From positions 83,787 to 147,786 of IMG/VR virus record IMGVR_UViG_3300027819_000007: DNA of 64,000 nucleotides. The stretch is one strand, 5' to 3'. The notes under the pieces were generated by a model. That model did no database searches and had not been told where the DNA came from. It saw only the letters and a list, made by a program, of their open reading frames with translations. This DNA is from a virus. Its lineage: Duplodnaviria; Heunggongvirae; Uroviricota; Caudoviricetes. A program made the position numbers and the translations under genes. Shown here piece by piece: positions 10,136-20,610 of this stretch; the stretch's first letter is position 1, and each line of letters opens with the position of its first letter.

Positions 10136-13100
10136 GATTTCTTTTTCACTTTCTTATAGAAATATTGGAGATATTCGTTAAATGCTTTCATACATTTGGA
10201 GTCTTCTCGCAGGTCAAAATACATGCGGTTGGTACTTCCATTCTTCCACCACCAATCTCTACCTTCCTGAGTTGCCATTACATCAAGAATGTCTTTAGCG
10301 TTTGGAAACTCTTTGCGTAAGTCTTTCTGAAGCGTTTCCGGTTTGATGTCGGAAATTCGACAGTTATATCCGAAACGTGGCCAAACCCAATAACCGATGT
10401 CTGGACGTTGCTTACCTTTATTATTAGCGGGGTTATTCCAGTCCCAATCAGGAGTTTCTCGCCGTGCCGCACTACAACGAATCCTTCGGAAATTCCTCTC
10501 CTGTGCAGCAAAAACTTGTGAGGAGAAAATGGGGAACCCAACACCACTTCCCATTGGAACGTGCGGTTTGAGATAGAAGGTGTTATTGTAAAGTTCCAGT
10601 TCCCCCTTCTCATTCTTGAAAATCTCTCGTTCCATTGTGAAGAGTGGGTTGTTAACGAAAATCGTAACGTGGGACTCGTTACTATCAGCAGGGGGGTAGT
10701 AATCAATAGTAACTTCGGAATCTGGATCTTCTGCTCCGGTGAGTGTAACCACTCCGGGTATATTCAGACCTAAATCCTTGATGGCTTGACGCACCAATTT
10801 ATGGTTCTTCTCTGATCCTCCAAAAGAGACTTGTGCCTCAGTACGTTCCCCATCTTCATCTATCTCTTCGGTTTCAAAAGTTTCTTGCGATGGATGTCTA
10901 CTAGGAGGTGAGGTCCTTTCCCCATGAGGAGGATTGATTTGCTGTTGTGTTTCTTGTTGCTGCTGTTGCTGAATAAGTTGTGTGGTGTCAACAATTTGCT
11001 GATGTTCTGCATCGAGAACTTCAGGAATGGAATTCCCGCGTTGAACCAAATCCTGAATTGTAGAGATTGTTTCTTCAGCGGTAAGAAAATGTCCTACTCC
11101 AATCTCACCGAAAATCTGATCATAGATTGCTTTCATATGATCCCATTCTTCATTTTCCGCCAAGGAGGACAACTCAGAAGAATCTCGTTGGAGAAGATTT
11201 CTCATATCCTCTACCATACTATCCAATGACTTACTCTTCCAGTTGATACCACTGCTTCTTCGTCCAGCATCGTTCTCAGCTTCTACTCGCTCCATGACAA
11301 AACGGTCTCCCACACCAAGGAGACACGTTTCACAAAGGTTCTCATTGCCCTTCTCACACACTACGTCATACTCATGGAGTCTGGCTCCACAACCAAAACA
11401 CACTCCTTCTTCTCTTGTGTATGTTTTGAAGAAGGGACTTGGTTTAACTCTTAAGTTCTTAATGGTCTTAGGTGATGTCTTCGTCAAATCAATGAAAGGA
11501 GTGAAAGGAACTACCAAACCCTTGCTGTTCTCCTCCGGGTACACATCTTCATTGGCAATACCACCTTCTACCTCCTGACTAGCTTCCTCTCCTTCTGGAG
11601 TAGCTTCCTCTTGTTGTGGTAATGGAGAAGCCCCTATACCAAGATAGTCATCCATTGCCTGATCGTCAGCTACTACCTTCAAGGCTTCTGCGGTTTCATC
11701 TTCTGGGGGCTGGGGCTGGTCCTTTACCAGTCGATCGGCAATTTGGAGTGCTTGATTTTCATCTTCGGTTTTGGAAAAGGCCATAGCTAAGGCAGAAAGA
11801 TACCACTCCGGATTCTTGGCAGAATTTAGTTTGTTGGCCAGGGTAGTAGCAAAGTCACCTTCTCCCTTTTGGTGGTAGGGGAGATCCTTGGCATCCCACT
11901 CTGGCTCTCCTTCCTCACCTTCTTCCTCAACAGCATCTCCCACTCCGGCCAGGAATTCTTCCGCCCGCATTTGCAACTCCGTAAATCGTTCTAACTCCTC
12001 TTCCTGAGGAATTCCATAGTCGGAAGGGGAGTTAACCGCATCCCATACTTCTTCGGAAAGCTCTGTATTCCCGGCTTCCATCAAGTCAGCAGCTAGTTGT
12101 TCAAGGTGTTCCCAATCGAAGTAAGGAGCATTTTCGTTGACATTCCTGCCAAATTGGTCCAAGGCTTTGATCCCTTCCGTATCATCTTCATCATCAAGAA
12201 GACTTTCCAACCACTTTATTTGTTCTTCGTAGGTTGGTACAGTGTCCATACCTTCCGGTAAAATAACTTGTCCATCACTATCCAAACTGACAAGACTCAG
12301 AGACAAACACTCTTCTAACAAATCATCCCTATAGCCCCAATCTCTATTAAGAGTGTTTCTTACATTGTAAGTTTTGGAATACCTCTCTACGGTGTTGTCA
12401 ATGGGATCACCTTCAATCTTAGCAATAAGGTGTTCCAACTCCTCAATCTCATTGCGGATTAGCCCCGCTACTTGATCACTATAGGTTCCTGGCCGACCCA
12501 TAGACTCTATGTTCTCTTCTAAAAGTTCTACACTTAGCATCAAACGTCTAGCAACACCATAGTCATCGGTACTTAGTCCTACTCTTCTAGCATCTTCCAA
12601 CAGCTCTCGGATATACTCAATGTCGAATATTTCTCCCTCTGCAATTTCATCATCAGGATTTCTCCTAACGTCATAAGCCTTGGAAAAATCTCCTGTTGAG
12701 TGATCAATGGGATCACCTTCTGCTTGAGCGATGAGTCTTTCTGCTTTGCCAATCACGCCCCTCTCAACATAATCCACTATATTTGAACCCATTACAGAAT
12801 TATCTGTTCCTGGGTGGTTATGAAAGTGGTTATACCAACTTCTTAGACTCACAATCTCATTGGAGTCTCCCAATCCAAGATTTTCAGCATCCCCTATCAA
12901 TTCATTCATATACTCTACGTCGAAGACAACTGATCCATCTGCATTTGTCCTATTGTAAGTCTTCACCCGTGGAGCAACTGGCTTCCATCGCTTAGTGTGG
13001 ATTTTGGAGGGATGTAGTGAACTTTGTTTTGGATTCATCCCTTGTGAGTAGCCACGCTGTCGTTGCATTTCCTGATTGACCACTTGTTCCAAATAAGTAG

Positions 13101-13347
13101 TGATTTGTGACAAGGTTTCTTCATCCAAACTTCCTGGTTGAAGTCGGAAGCAACGTAGTAAATCTTGTTCTATTTGTCCAGGAGAGAACGATCCTTGCTC
13201 GATAGAGTACAAAACACTTTCCACGAACTTGTCTGCATATTGTTCGTTGAGCATGGAATCATCGATGATTTGATGAACAGCTTGAGTGATATTGTTCTTC
13301 TGTTCGTTAGTAAGTTCAATGGGAGTGAAATTACTATTTTCCATCAC
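10132..13347 (-). CDS. large virion-associated protein (minor head/internal protein candidate)
   Basis: 1071 aa. Has an internal duplicated segment ('DVEYMNELIGDAENLGL' and 'IFDIEYIRELLEDARRVGL'), a poly-Q tract and a CxxC pair. Located between the giant ORF and the protease gene. Confidence 0.5.
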   Translation of the reverse strand: MMENSNFTPIELTNEQKNNITQAVHQIIDDSMLNEQYADKFVESVLYSIEQGSFSPGQIEQDLLRCFRLQPGSLDEETLSQITTYLEQVVNQEMQRQRGYSQGMNPKQSSLHPSKIHTKRWKPVAPRVKTYNRTNADGSVVFDVEYMNELIGDAENLGLGDSNEIVSLRSWYNHFHNHPGTDNSVMGSNIVDYVERGVIGKAERLIAQAEGDPIDHSTGDFSKAYDVRRNPDDEIAEGEIFDIEYIRELLEDARRVGLSTDDYGVARRLMLSVELLEENIESMGRPGTYSDQVAGLIRNEIEELEHLIAKIEGDPIDNTVERYSKTYNVRNTLNRDWGYRDDLLEECLSLSLVSLDSDGQVILPEGMDTVPTYEEQIKWLESLLDDEDDTEGIKALDQFGRNVNENAPYFDWEHLEQLAADLMEAGNTELSEEVWDAVNSPSDYGIPQEEELERFTELQMRAEEFLAGVGDAVEEEGEEGEPEWDAKDLPYHQKGEGDFATTLANKLNSAKNPEWYLSALAMAFSKTEDENQALQIADRLVKDQPQPPEDETAEALKVVADDQAMDDYLGIGASPLPQQEEATPEGEEASQEVEGGIANEDVYPEENSKGLVVPFTPFIDLTKTSPKTIKNLRVKPSPFFKTYTREEGVCFGCGARLHEYDVVCEKGNENLCETCLLGVGDRFVMERVEAENDAGRRSSGINWKSKSLDSMVEDMRNLLQRDSSELSSLAENEEWDHMKAIYDQIFGEIGVGHFLTAEETISTIQDLVQRGNSIPEVLDAEHQQIVDTTQLIQQQQQQETQQQINPPHGERTSPPSRHPSQETFETEEIDEDGERTEAQVSFGGSEKNHKLVRQAIKDLGLNIPGVVTLTGAEDPDSEVTIDYYPPADSNESHVTIFVNNPLFTMEREIFKNEKGELELYNNTFYLKPHVPMGSGVGFPIFSSQVFAAQERNFRRIRCSAARRETPDWDWNNPANNKGKQRPDIGYWVWPRFGYNCRISDIKPETLQKDLRKEFPNAKDILDVMATQEGRDWWWKNGSTNRMYFDLREDSKCMKAFNEYLQYFYKKVKKKS

Positions 13348-16300
13348 TGCACCTTCTTCAGTTTATCGAGGTTGAGGTATTTCCCTACGTCATCCGGAGG
13401 TATTTTCTTGGCGAGTTTGACCAACTCACTAGCGGACAGAGTTCCCCTACGATCTTCGGTATCGATCTTTTCCAATACCCTTCCAGTAAGTTGTTGGTCA
13501 ATTTCATCATGTTCCAGCATTTGCAACACTCTTGAAGTGGTGTTCTTAACCACGGAGTTATCCTTGTCCGTACCTTCCCCATTCATGATATGATGGATAG
13601 CTGCTTCATAGTGTTGTTTGTTGTCCAGGTGGAAATCCTCATCACTAATGATACCACGCATTGCCCTCCCCAAGAAGGATTCACCACTAGCCTTTTCCAT
13701 CTCAGCAATCTTCTTTAACCTTCCCTGAAGGGGTTGTTGAAGTCGGTCCATATAGTCCAGAGGTTTCTTAGGCTCCTTCTTCCTTCGTTCACGAGTAGGA
13801 ATGGGTCGAAGTTCCTCTTCCTGTTCCACTTCTAAGTTTTCTGGCTTCAAGGTTCCTTCCAGGTAGTTATCCATCTCAGAAGCTTTGAGGGTGCCATAAC
13901 CTGCTTCACTAAGGTTCCTCAGAATGGCTTCCTTGTGTTGCTGGCTAATGTTACCACTCTTCAACTCATTCAGGACATTGGCACGAGTAGCCTTCATGTA
14001 GGAGAGGTTAGTTCTCTTGGCGTTCTCCCTGTTACGGTTAATGTCCCTCAAAGCTTCCTTGTAACGCTCACTATGAGTGATGGAAGAGTAAGCCAACACT
14101 CCGTTGATAAGTCTATCGGTGAAGGAGATACCTGTACCTTCTTCGGCTAGTTGGATACGATCCATCCGTTGTTGGAGTTCTTTCATGGGAGCTAGTTTTT
14201 TCTTCTGTTCAAGATTTTCCAGAATAGCAATTACCAGCCCATGCTTCTTGAGTTTACTGGTTCCTTTGATTCCTAGCTTGAAAGCTATCTTGTCTAGTCC
14301 TGATTTAAGTAGACCACCCCTCTTCATTGAGGAGGTTTGTTGGATTTCCTCCATCAACTGGTCAAACTTCTGAACATCTCCCTGTGATTCGGCCTGTCTC
14401 ACCTTACGGGTAACGTCCTCATGGTTTACCTTTTGAGGCTTAGGCTTAGGCTCCTTCTTGGGTTTCTTGGGCTTAGAGGCTTCTTCCCGTGGAGGACACT
14501 TCACTCGTTTTCCATCGTCAGTGCAGTAACGATAACCACGTCGGTCCTTACGTTCCTTGAGTTCTTTGGTGACATGAAACAAACCACTTGCTCGCAAAAG
14601 TCTTTCGAGAGGAAATCCCATCTTGACTTGTGGTGGGGAAAGGAATTTGGTGAAGTCTTGTACTTCTTTGTCCATATCTTCTTTAGGCATAATCCACAGA
14701 TCAATCAACCCCTTCATAAAAGGCCAAATTCTCCCGTCTTTATTGGCTTCGTCATTGTCTCGATATTTCAACACTTCCCAACCACGAATCATGAACCAGT
14801 CTGCTGCCGCTTCTGGTATGATGAAATCAGGATCATTTTCAGGCTTGTTGAAGGAAATGTACATCGCACCTTTAATATCACCACTCCTACCATAATGTCG
14901 AACTGTTAGTCCAAACTGCTGTGCAAAACTACTTACATCATCTTGAAGGTTTTTCCTTCTCCACTGCAAAGTTCCACTCTTGACGTTGGGAGCTAGGAAA
15001 CGAAGTGGAAGGGGATGAGATTTATTTCCTCCTTGCAATTTCTCTTGACGCTCCTCAGCACTTTGAATCAAATCTTCCAATTCATCTTCGGGGCTTTGCC
15101 AACCAATACTAGTTCCTTGCAAAGATTGAATCCAACTGCTAGCATATCCCTCCGCATCAATACTTCTGTTTTCATGGTAGATGTCTCCAAAGAGTACATT
15201 GGCAGTTTCCAACAAATAATCATGCAGTTCTTCCCAGGCTTTTTCCTTAAACATCCCTCGTACTAAATCTCCATTGAATTGGAAGTGGGACTTCTTGTGG
15301 GAGGATAGAGATTTAGTGTCTTTGGGAAAGAACATTCGGATGCGACTGTTTTTGTGGTATTGGGTCATATGTCGCATGGGGGAATATCCACGCTCCTCAA
15401 ACCAATCCTCAATTACTTCTTTTGGAGCCATTGGAACGGGGTTTTGTTCTTGGCCTAAATATTCCAACTTTTCGGAATACTTACTAGGCCACGCTTCATA
15501 GTTAAGAACAAGCTCAATGTGACCAACATGTCTTCTCCAGTTGAAATCATAAAATCCAAATTCATTGACAAAATCCCAGGAGTGTCTTCCTAGATTTTTG
15601 TGGTGAACACCATCGAGAGGAGTAAATTTTTTTCTCTTCTTTCTGTTCAAAGAAAATTCTGCATCTCTTACAATAGCTCCTCCTGTATCATTATTGATCC
15701 AGGACATAGATTTGTACCTATTATCATTTGCCCATATTTCCAACAACCTTCTCTCATCCCACACGTCTGAGGTTCCTAGATAGGAGTTAATCTCATGAAG
15801 AGTAGGATGATACACAACCCCAACTTGAACATCCGGTGGGAACCCTTGATGAACCAATGCTTCCTCTACCTGGGCGGATGTTGGAATTGTAACTGAACCG
15901 ACCCTGCCTTGTAAAATTCCTACTTGGATTGGCATTTCCACTTCTGGTGCTGTCTCTCGTTTACCCCCCGAACCCCCTAACAATTGATATTTGATTGGAA
16001 AATGAACAGTTTGCTTACCTTCTTCAAAAGGGGATAAGAAAGCATACTCTTCTCTTCGCATTGCTCGTCGTAGTTTATCAATACCAGGATAGCCTGCTTC
16101 CTCGGCTGCATCGGTGATTATTTCAAAAGGAACTTGATCTGTAATCATGTTGAAAACAGTTTTTGCGGTTGGTTTTTGAATGGCCTTAGCATAGTATGCC
16201 TTACTGTTCTCTGCAATGAATCCTCTTTTCACACGAGGGAGAGTAGGAATGGATTTCCCTCCATAGCCATAATATTCCTCAGGGAGAATGGCATCATAAA

Positions 16301-18212
16301 CTGCAATATCTTTGTTTACCAATCTCCCGGTTCCTCCATATCTCCTACCAGGGGGAAGAAACTTCCTCTTATCATGAAAACCAGTTTTCATTACGTCATC
16401 GAATTTCCTCAAAACTCTTGCAAAATGATATTCATCTTCAGGAGACTTAACGGAGTTTTCAAATTCTTGTATCCAAGAGTCAGCAAATGTTTCGGGAGTT
16501 AGGTATTGATTATTTTGATAAAAACTACCCCAAGTCTTCGTAGCTAACTCCATCAAATAGTCTCGAAGTATTCCCCAATCCTCATCCTTTATCATGTCTT
16601 TCACAATATTGATAGAATAACCAATTGAATTCCCTTCCAAGTGCGAGTGGTATTCTATCTGGAAGTCCTTAACAGCTTCTCTAAGTTGTCGTTCTGCCTG
16701 ACGATGCCTTTCGTTCAAAAATCCCCATCGAGGGTCTTCTCTAATTTCCTCACCAAATCTTCCAACCTCACTATCAAATTGTGCCAACCCTTCCTTGTTA
16801 AAAGCATCGGCTAGGTCATTAGCTGCTTGAACTGCTTTGTCAACATCCTCTTCCCGATAGGCTTCGGAGATTGAGTTCTGAGTTTTGCCAGCAGCCACAA
16901 TTCCATCTACCGAAGTTAAGTAGTTGGAATAACTCCTAAGTGTATCTTGTACTTCCTTGTAAAGTCCCCCAATCAGAAGTTGGATGATGGAATGGTCCTC
17001 TCTCCCACTCATCCAACTGTCCAACGACCAACGGAAGGACTTTTGGTTGGAACCACCTGTCAAGCGTTTCCTTCCTAGGAAGGGAGATGCCTTGACATGG
17101 GGAATTTCCATTCCATGTTCTTCCCAATCATCCTCCTCATCCTGTTCCATTTCTCCGGGAGATAAGTCAGAGAACAAACCACTTTCAAAAGCATCCTGAG
17201 CACAATTTTCACACATCAACGTGCCAGTTTCATCCTGCATATCAATACGGTAAAGGGATTGACTTCCCGTGTGGGAGCAATGACTTTCTCCAGGATGAAC
17301 TGGACAGCCAGGATCGCTACATTCACAAGGTGAAGGAAGAGGAGGAGACTCATTTCCTGGCTTGGCTCCGAATTTGATGAAAGTTCCATCATCTAAAGTG
17401 AGAACGAATTCTGTGTTTTTAATTGAGTCCGTTCTAGTATATCCAATATCAGTCCATCCCCAACTTGACATTTCATCATCGCCTGGATAAATATAATCTG
17501 GTATATTTCCATTTTCACTCATCAATTTTTCTATATCGTCACTACTCATCGTCGGCGAGTTGATGTAGTAAATCTGAAGTTGTTCATGCTCTTGAAGGTA
17601 GTCCCAAGCTTCCTCTGCTTCCATATCCTCCCAACGATGGGGAAGGGCTTTTACATCATGAATTCCTCTTCTTTCACTGTGGGGGGTTCCTTGAGGGGCA
17701 TAGATATGAAAGAGAGCATAGATTTGGTCTGCAAGACGTTCCTGTTGATCAATCGACAACTCGTTATATCCATCACCAAACCAAATTTCTATAAGTGCTC
17801 GAATTGACTCGCGAGTTGCTTTCCACCCACCTGGATGACCTTGATATCCTGGTCCACTTGTGAAAAGGGCATTAACGAACATTCGTCGTTGAGGCTCACT
17901 TCTCCTATCCCTAGGCATCCCCGAAAATTCATGATGGATAAGAGTGGTCAACTCACGTTTCAAATCATCTTCCGTTAATGCTTTCTGATACACTCCTTCT
18001 TGCAACTCTTTGGCACACTCTTGCAACCTACTGAACTTAATCTTAGGTTCAATGTCCTTTTGGAACTCCTGACTAGACTGAATAATCTCGTCGAAGGAGA
18101 TGTTGGAAGGAGCCAACTCCTTTTCCAATCGTTCGGCTTGTTCCTTGATTTGGGACAAGGCTTCAAACTTCTCGGCAAAAACATCACTTGTGGCCATTAT
18201 GAACTTCCTCAA
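13344..18212 (-). CDS. giant protein (1622 aa), putative internal virion/ejection protein
   Basis: Uninterrupted 4.9-kb ORF with start/stop overlapping neighbours. Contains a Cys/His cluster ('CECSDPGCPVHPGESHCSH..CENCAQ') and a Lys/Pro-rich linker. No recognisable enzymatic motif. Confidence 0.55.
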   Translation of the reverse strand: MRKFIMATSDVFAEKFEALSQIKEQAERLEKELAPSNISFDEIIQSSQEFQKDIEPKIKFSRLQECAKELQEGVYQKALTEDDLKRELTTLIHHEFSGMPRDRRSEPQRRMFVNALFTSGPGYQGHPGGWKATRESIRALIEIWFGDGYNELSIDQQERLADQIYALFHIYAPQGTPHSERRGIHDVKALPHRWEDMEAEEAWDYLQEHEQLQIYYINSPTMSSDDIEKLMSENGNIPDYIYPGDDEMSSWGWTDIGYTRTDSIKNTEFVLTLDDGTFIKFGAKPGNESPPLPSPCECSDPGCPVHPGESHCSHTGSQSLYRIDMQDETGTLMCENCAQDAFESGLFSDLSPGEMEQDEEDDWEEHGMEIPHVKASPFLGRKRLTGGSNQKSFRWSLDSWMSGREDHSIIQLLIGGLYKEVQDTLRSYSNYLTSVDGIVAAGKTQNSISEAYREEDVDKAVQAANDLADAFNKEGLAQFDSEVGRFGEEIREDPRWGFLNERHRQAERQLREAVKDFQIEYHSHLEGNSIGYSINIVKDMIKDEDWGILRDYLMELATKTWGSFYQNNQYLTPETFADSWIQEFENSVKSPEDEYHFARVLRKFDDVMKTGFHDKRKFLPPGRRYGGTGRLVNKDIAVYDAILPEEYYGYGGKSIPTLPRVKRGFIAENSKAYYAKAIQKPTAKTVFNMITDQVPFEIITDAAEEAGYPGIDKLRRAMRREEYAFLSPFEEGKQTVHFPIKYQLLGGSGGKRETAPEVEMPIQVGILQGRVGSVTIPTSAQVEEALVHQGFPPDVQVGVVYHPTLHEINSYLGTSDVWDERRLLEIWANDNRYKSMSWINNDTGGAIVRDAEFSLNRKKRKKFTPLDGVHHKNLGRHSWDFVNEFGFYDFNWRRHVGHIELVLNYEAWPSKYSEKLEYLGQEQNPVPMAPKEVIEDWFEERGYSPMRHMTQYHKNSRIRMFFPKDTKSLSSHKKSHFQFNGDLVRGMFKEKAWEELHDYLLETANVLFGDIYHENRSIDAEGYASSWIQSLQGTSIGWQSPEDELEDLIQSAEERQEKLQGGNKSHPLPLRFLAPNVKSGTLQWRRKNLQDDVSSFAQQFGLTVRHYGRSGDIKGAMYISFNKPENDPDFIIPEAAADWFMIRGWEVLKYRDNDEANKDGRIWPFMKGLIDLWIMPKEDMDKEVQDFTKFLSPPQVKMGFPLERLLRASGLFHVTKELKERKDRRGYRYCTDDGKRVKCPPREEASKPKKPKKEPKPKPQKVNHEDVTRKVRQAESQGDVQKFDQLMEEIQQTSSMKRGGLLKSGLDKIAFKLGIKGTSKLKKHGLVIAILENLEQKKKLAPMKELQQRMDRIQLAEEGTGISFTDRLINGVLAYSSITHSERYKEALRDINRNRENAKRTNLSYMKATRANVLNELKSGNISQQHKEAILRNLSEAGYGTLKASEMDNYLEGTLKPENLEVEQEEELRPIPTRERRKKEPKKPLDYMDRLQQPLQGRLKKIAEMEKASGESFLGRAMRGIISDEDFHLDNKQHYEAAIHHIMNGEGTDKDNSVVKNTTSRVLQMLEHDEIDQQLTGRVLEKIDTEDRRGTLSASELVKLAKKIPPDDVGKYLNLDKLKKVQ

Positions 18213-18330
18213 AAAGTGAGGATGAGAAGAGAAAAAGAAAAGGGAGGATGCCGTTTCCTACATGCTGGAAGGAGTCTAAAGGACCAGCATCGGCAGAGCC
18301 TCCCCATAAGTCCAAACATCAAGGTGTTAA

Positions 18331-18798
18331 TCATGCAGGCTGGAAGAATCCAGAAATCTCAGGAGTGTAGCACACGGTGAATGCAGCCGTTCCGGAAGCT
18401 GCGGGACAAGCGATAAGTCCAGAGAAGAAAACAATATCCACAGTCTGGGGAGCACCCGGCTGCGAACCAGTCAAAAGATTACCAGATCCACCCACTGCCC
18501 AAACAGGAGGAATAACTCCCACTACTTTATGCCCGGAGTTGACCAAAGGCATACCAGACGTGGCAACCGGCACTGCGTCCACAAAGTAAACTGGAGCACC
18601 TGAGTTGATGTTAGTCGTCACCAGGATGGAGTTCAATCGTCCACCACCAGAGAAGATAATGGTGGTGGAATTAACCCCGGACAGGGCAGAGTAGGTCTGG
18701 AGTCCACCACGATTCCAGGCCACAGCTCCATCGTAAAGGTTCCCTGAGTGGACGTTGGCCCCTGCCATACGCATCGGATTCTTAGTCGTCAAACTCAT
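18331..18798 (-). CDS. Gly-rich putative structural protein
   Basis: 155 aa; Gly/Ser/Val-rich beta-like sequence. Confidence 0.4.
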   Translation of the reverse strand: MSLTTKNPMRMAGANVHSGNLYDGAVAWNRGGLQTYSALSGVNSTTIIFSGGGRLNSILVTTNINSGAPVYFVDAVPVATSGMPLVNSGHKVVGVIPPVWAVGGSGNLLTGSQPGAPQTVDIVFFSGLIACPAASGTAAFTVCYTPEISGFFQPA

Positions 18799-18992
18799 CG
18801 TTTCTGTTCCTCTATTCCGTGAAGGGTAGAGCAGTATCCCGGCCTGGCCATAAGACCCCCACAGGAATGAAACAATTCACCCCTGCTTAGCTGCGGGCTT
18901 CACTCCCACTTCATTAAATGTATTTTACTAGATGTGATTGAATTATGTCAAACGAGATGTGGCAGAAAGGCTGGTTGTAATTATGGAGACTT

Positions 18993-19769
18993 GTGAGTAC
19001 AATAAGGTCGAGAATGGTGGGGGAGCATGACTTCCCCCACCATCCCCTCGCCAACAAACTATGTCCTTCGTGGAGAACACGGTCTGTGACTACCAATAAG
19101 TTTAGCGATCTATCCCACCTAAATCAATTCTTCGAGCCATACCACCCCAATCAACATCCCTACGTCTATCTGATTTGTCGAGTTTCTTCACCCAGACAAG
19201 AGATGAACGGCACCTTAGCCAAACATCGGAAGTATCTGATGGAAGATGCTAGTTCTAGTATTATTCGCGGAGTGAACTGTTACGTCGGTCCCTCCACACA
19301 ACGAGAATGGTACAAACACCTCACTAATTCCTCAATCATAGCCAAGGAACTCAATTGTGTTCTCCTGGCCTATTGTGTTGACCGATACATAAGACCAGGA
19401 GGCTGGAGTGTACAACATCCCGAACACTATCCTACCCTTGAAGAACTGAACCACCTCAAATCATGTGTTGGGGGTATAAACATGGCTACCGTACTCCCAC
19501 CCAGCAGTCCCTTCCAATTCGTCAAATCAATCCAAGGTAAGAAGGAGAAGAAGGAACGAGTACCTTCACCTTGCTTCCAGGATCAACGTAGAGAGAAGTG
19601 GTATGATTTCGTATTAGATCAACGTCAAAAGGGTTGTACACTATGTCAGATACGAGATCACATCAATAAGGCAGAAGGTGGGAATTACATAAGCCATGTT
19701 ACGATTGACAAGTGGACCAAAGAAGTAGGTAGCCGAAGCACAAGATTGAAGAGAAGAGGTTGCAAATAA
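18993..19769 (+). CDS. serine recombinase-like protein (resolvase/invertase family), N-terminally extended
   Basis: Only substantial plus-strand ORF. 'YVYLICRVSSPRQE' matches the catalytic 'Y.RVS...Q' serine-recombinase motif, and 'VLLAYCVDRYIRPG' matches the conserved 'DRl.R' segment. The catalytic Ser lies unusually far (~aa 65) from the annotated start. A strong hairpin (19011-19040) lies over the 5' end of the ORF. Confidence 0.45.
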   Translation: MSTIRSRMVGEHDFPHHPLANKLCPSWRTRSVTTNKFSDLSHLNQFFEPYHPNQHPYVYLICRVSSPRQEMNGTLAKHRKYLMEDASSSIIRGVNCYVGPSTQREWYKHLTNSSIIAKELNCVLLAYCVDRYIRPGGWSVQHPEHYPTLEELNHLKSCVGGINMATVLPPSSPFQFVKSIQGKKEKKERVPSPCFQDQRREKWYDFVLDQRQKGCTLCQIRDHINKAEGGNYISHVTIDKWTKEVGSRSTRLKRRGCK

Positions 19770-19892
19770 GGTAGGTAAAAGGATTTAAACTTTACTATAC
19801 AAAGTGTATTTTCTCCCCCATAGCAGAAGTACCATCAAACCTAGTCTTTTACCTTGTTTTCTCTACTTTTGGGGTAGGACTACCAATATAAC

Positions 19893-19999
19893 GTTACCTT
19901 ACCTACCTTTTCATGCAAATTGGTGTCCTTTTTGTACCTCTTCAATCTACACCCCAAGGGGGTTATTAGGAGAAGGGATACTGCAAGGTTCCCAACTAC
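19893..19999. repeat. direct repeat copy 1 (~105 bp) with conserved internal hairpin
   Basis: Begins 'gttaccttacctacctttt'. Shares long identical blocks with copy 2 ('ccttcttgtac.tctcaatcta', 'aggttcccaa.tac'). Contains the hairpin ccccaagggg at 19952-19961. Confidence 0.7.
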
Positions 20000-20112
20000 T
20001 TTTAGCTTGTTTTCTAGCTAACTGTTATACGATCTCTATCTATAGAACTCAACTAACCCATTTTGGGGAACTTGATACTCTTAGGGAGAGTATGTATTCG
20101 TTTACTCTAGCA

Positions 20113-20215
20113 GTTACCTTACCTACCTTTTAGTCATAGCTTGGCATCCTTCTTGTACTTCTCAATCTAGTTCCCGAAGGGCTAGGAGAGTTGTCACAGT
20201 AAGGTTCCCAATTAC
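20113..20215. repeat. direct repeat copy 2
   Basis: Same 19-nt leader 'gttaccttacctacctttt'. Has the hairpin cccgaaggg in the equivalent position (a structure-preserving change from copy 1). Confidence 0.7.
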
Positions 20216-20337
20216 ATTTCCAGATGATGATGATGATGTAAACAGTTATTCATCAATTATTCATCAAAACAACCATTTCCGACGACCGAAGGGAGGAGGA
20301 ACATGAGCCACGAAGTGGCGAAATGCCAGGACATTGA

Positions 20338-20610
20338 TCACTTTTGATAACTTGTTTCATACACCACAACTCCGTCTTCTTGATATTGCTTTTCTAACAA
20401 ATCAAGATAAGTGAAATCATTACCTATGATATCATTCAAATAATGACAAACTCTACCACATCTAGTACTCCCCATGAAGTGAAGATAAGCAAATCTTTCA
20501 TAACCTCTTTCACACAAAAGATCATGCAAGGGAGGCAAGGCAGTTTCATCACCATCCTGGTATGCTTTGGCTAAAGCTTGAAGTGGAGTCATGGTGTTAT
20601 TCCTTGGCAA
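20338..20610 (-). CDS. hypothetical protein, family A (paralog of 23708..24019)
   Basis: 90 aa. 'MTPLQALAKAYQDGDETALPPLHDLL' aligns with 'MTPHQTLVMLAKALKEGDESARQPLYDLWL' in the paralog. Confidence 0.45.
   Translation of the reverse strand: MPRNNTMTPLQALAKAYQDGDETALPPLHDLLCERGYERFAYLHFMGSTRCGRVCHYLNDIIGNDFTYLDLLEKQYQEDGVVVYETSYQK

Noticed and set aside
13344-18212. Considered calling the 1622-aa ORF the terminase or a tape-measure protein
   Set aside because: No Walker A/B ATPase motif or nuclease motif was found. It lies upstream of the head genes rather than among tail genes, and lacks the Ala/Gly-rich coiled-coil composition of tape-measure proteins. Left as a giant internal/virion protein of unknown function.
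19011-19040. Strong hairpin ggtggggga-gcatgac-tcccccacc considered as a terminator
   Set aside because: It lies inside the 5' end of the plus-strand recombinase-like ORF, with no U-tract and no converging transcription to stop there. More likely an mRNA structure or coincidence. Noted in the feature evidence instead.
19804-20133. Plus-strand 109-aa ORF spanning the direct repeats
   Set aside because: Runs through both repeat copies and the convergent intergenic region, with a low-complexity translation. The repeats are better explained as non-coding elements.
19770-20337. Considered CRISPR array or tRNA-like genes in the repeat region
   Set aside because: Only two repeat copies of ~105 bp with a ~113-bp spacer. 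There are no short regular repeat-spacer units and no cloverleaf could be folded.
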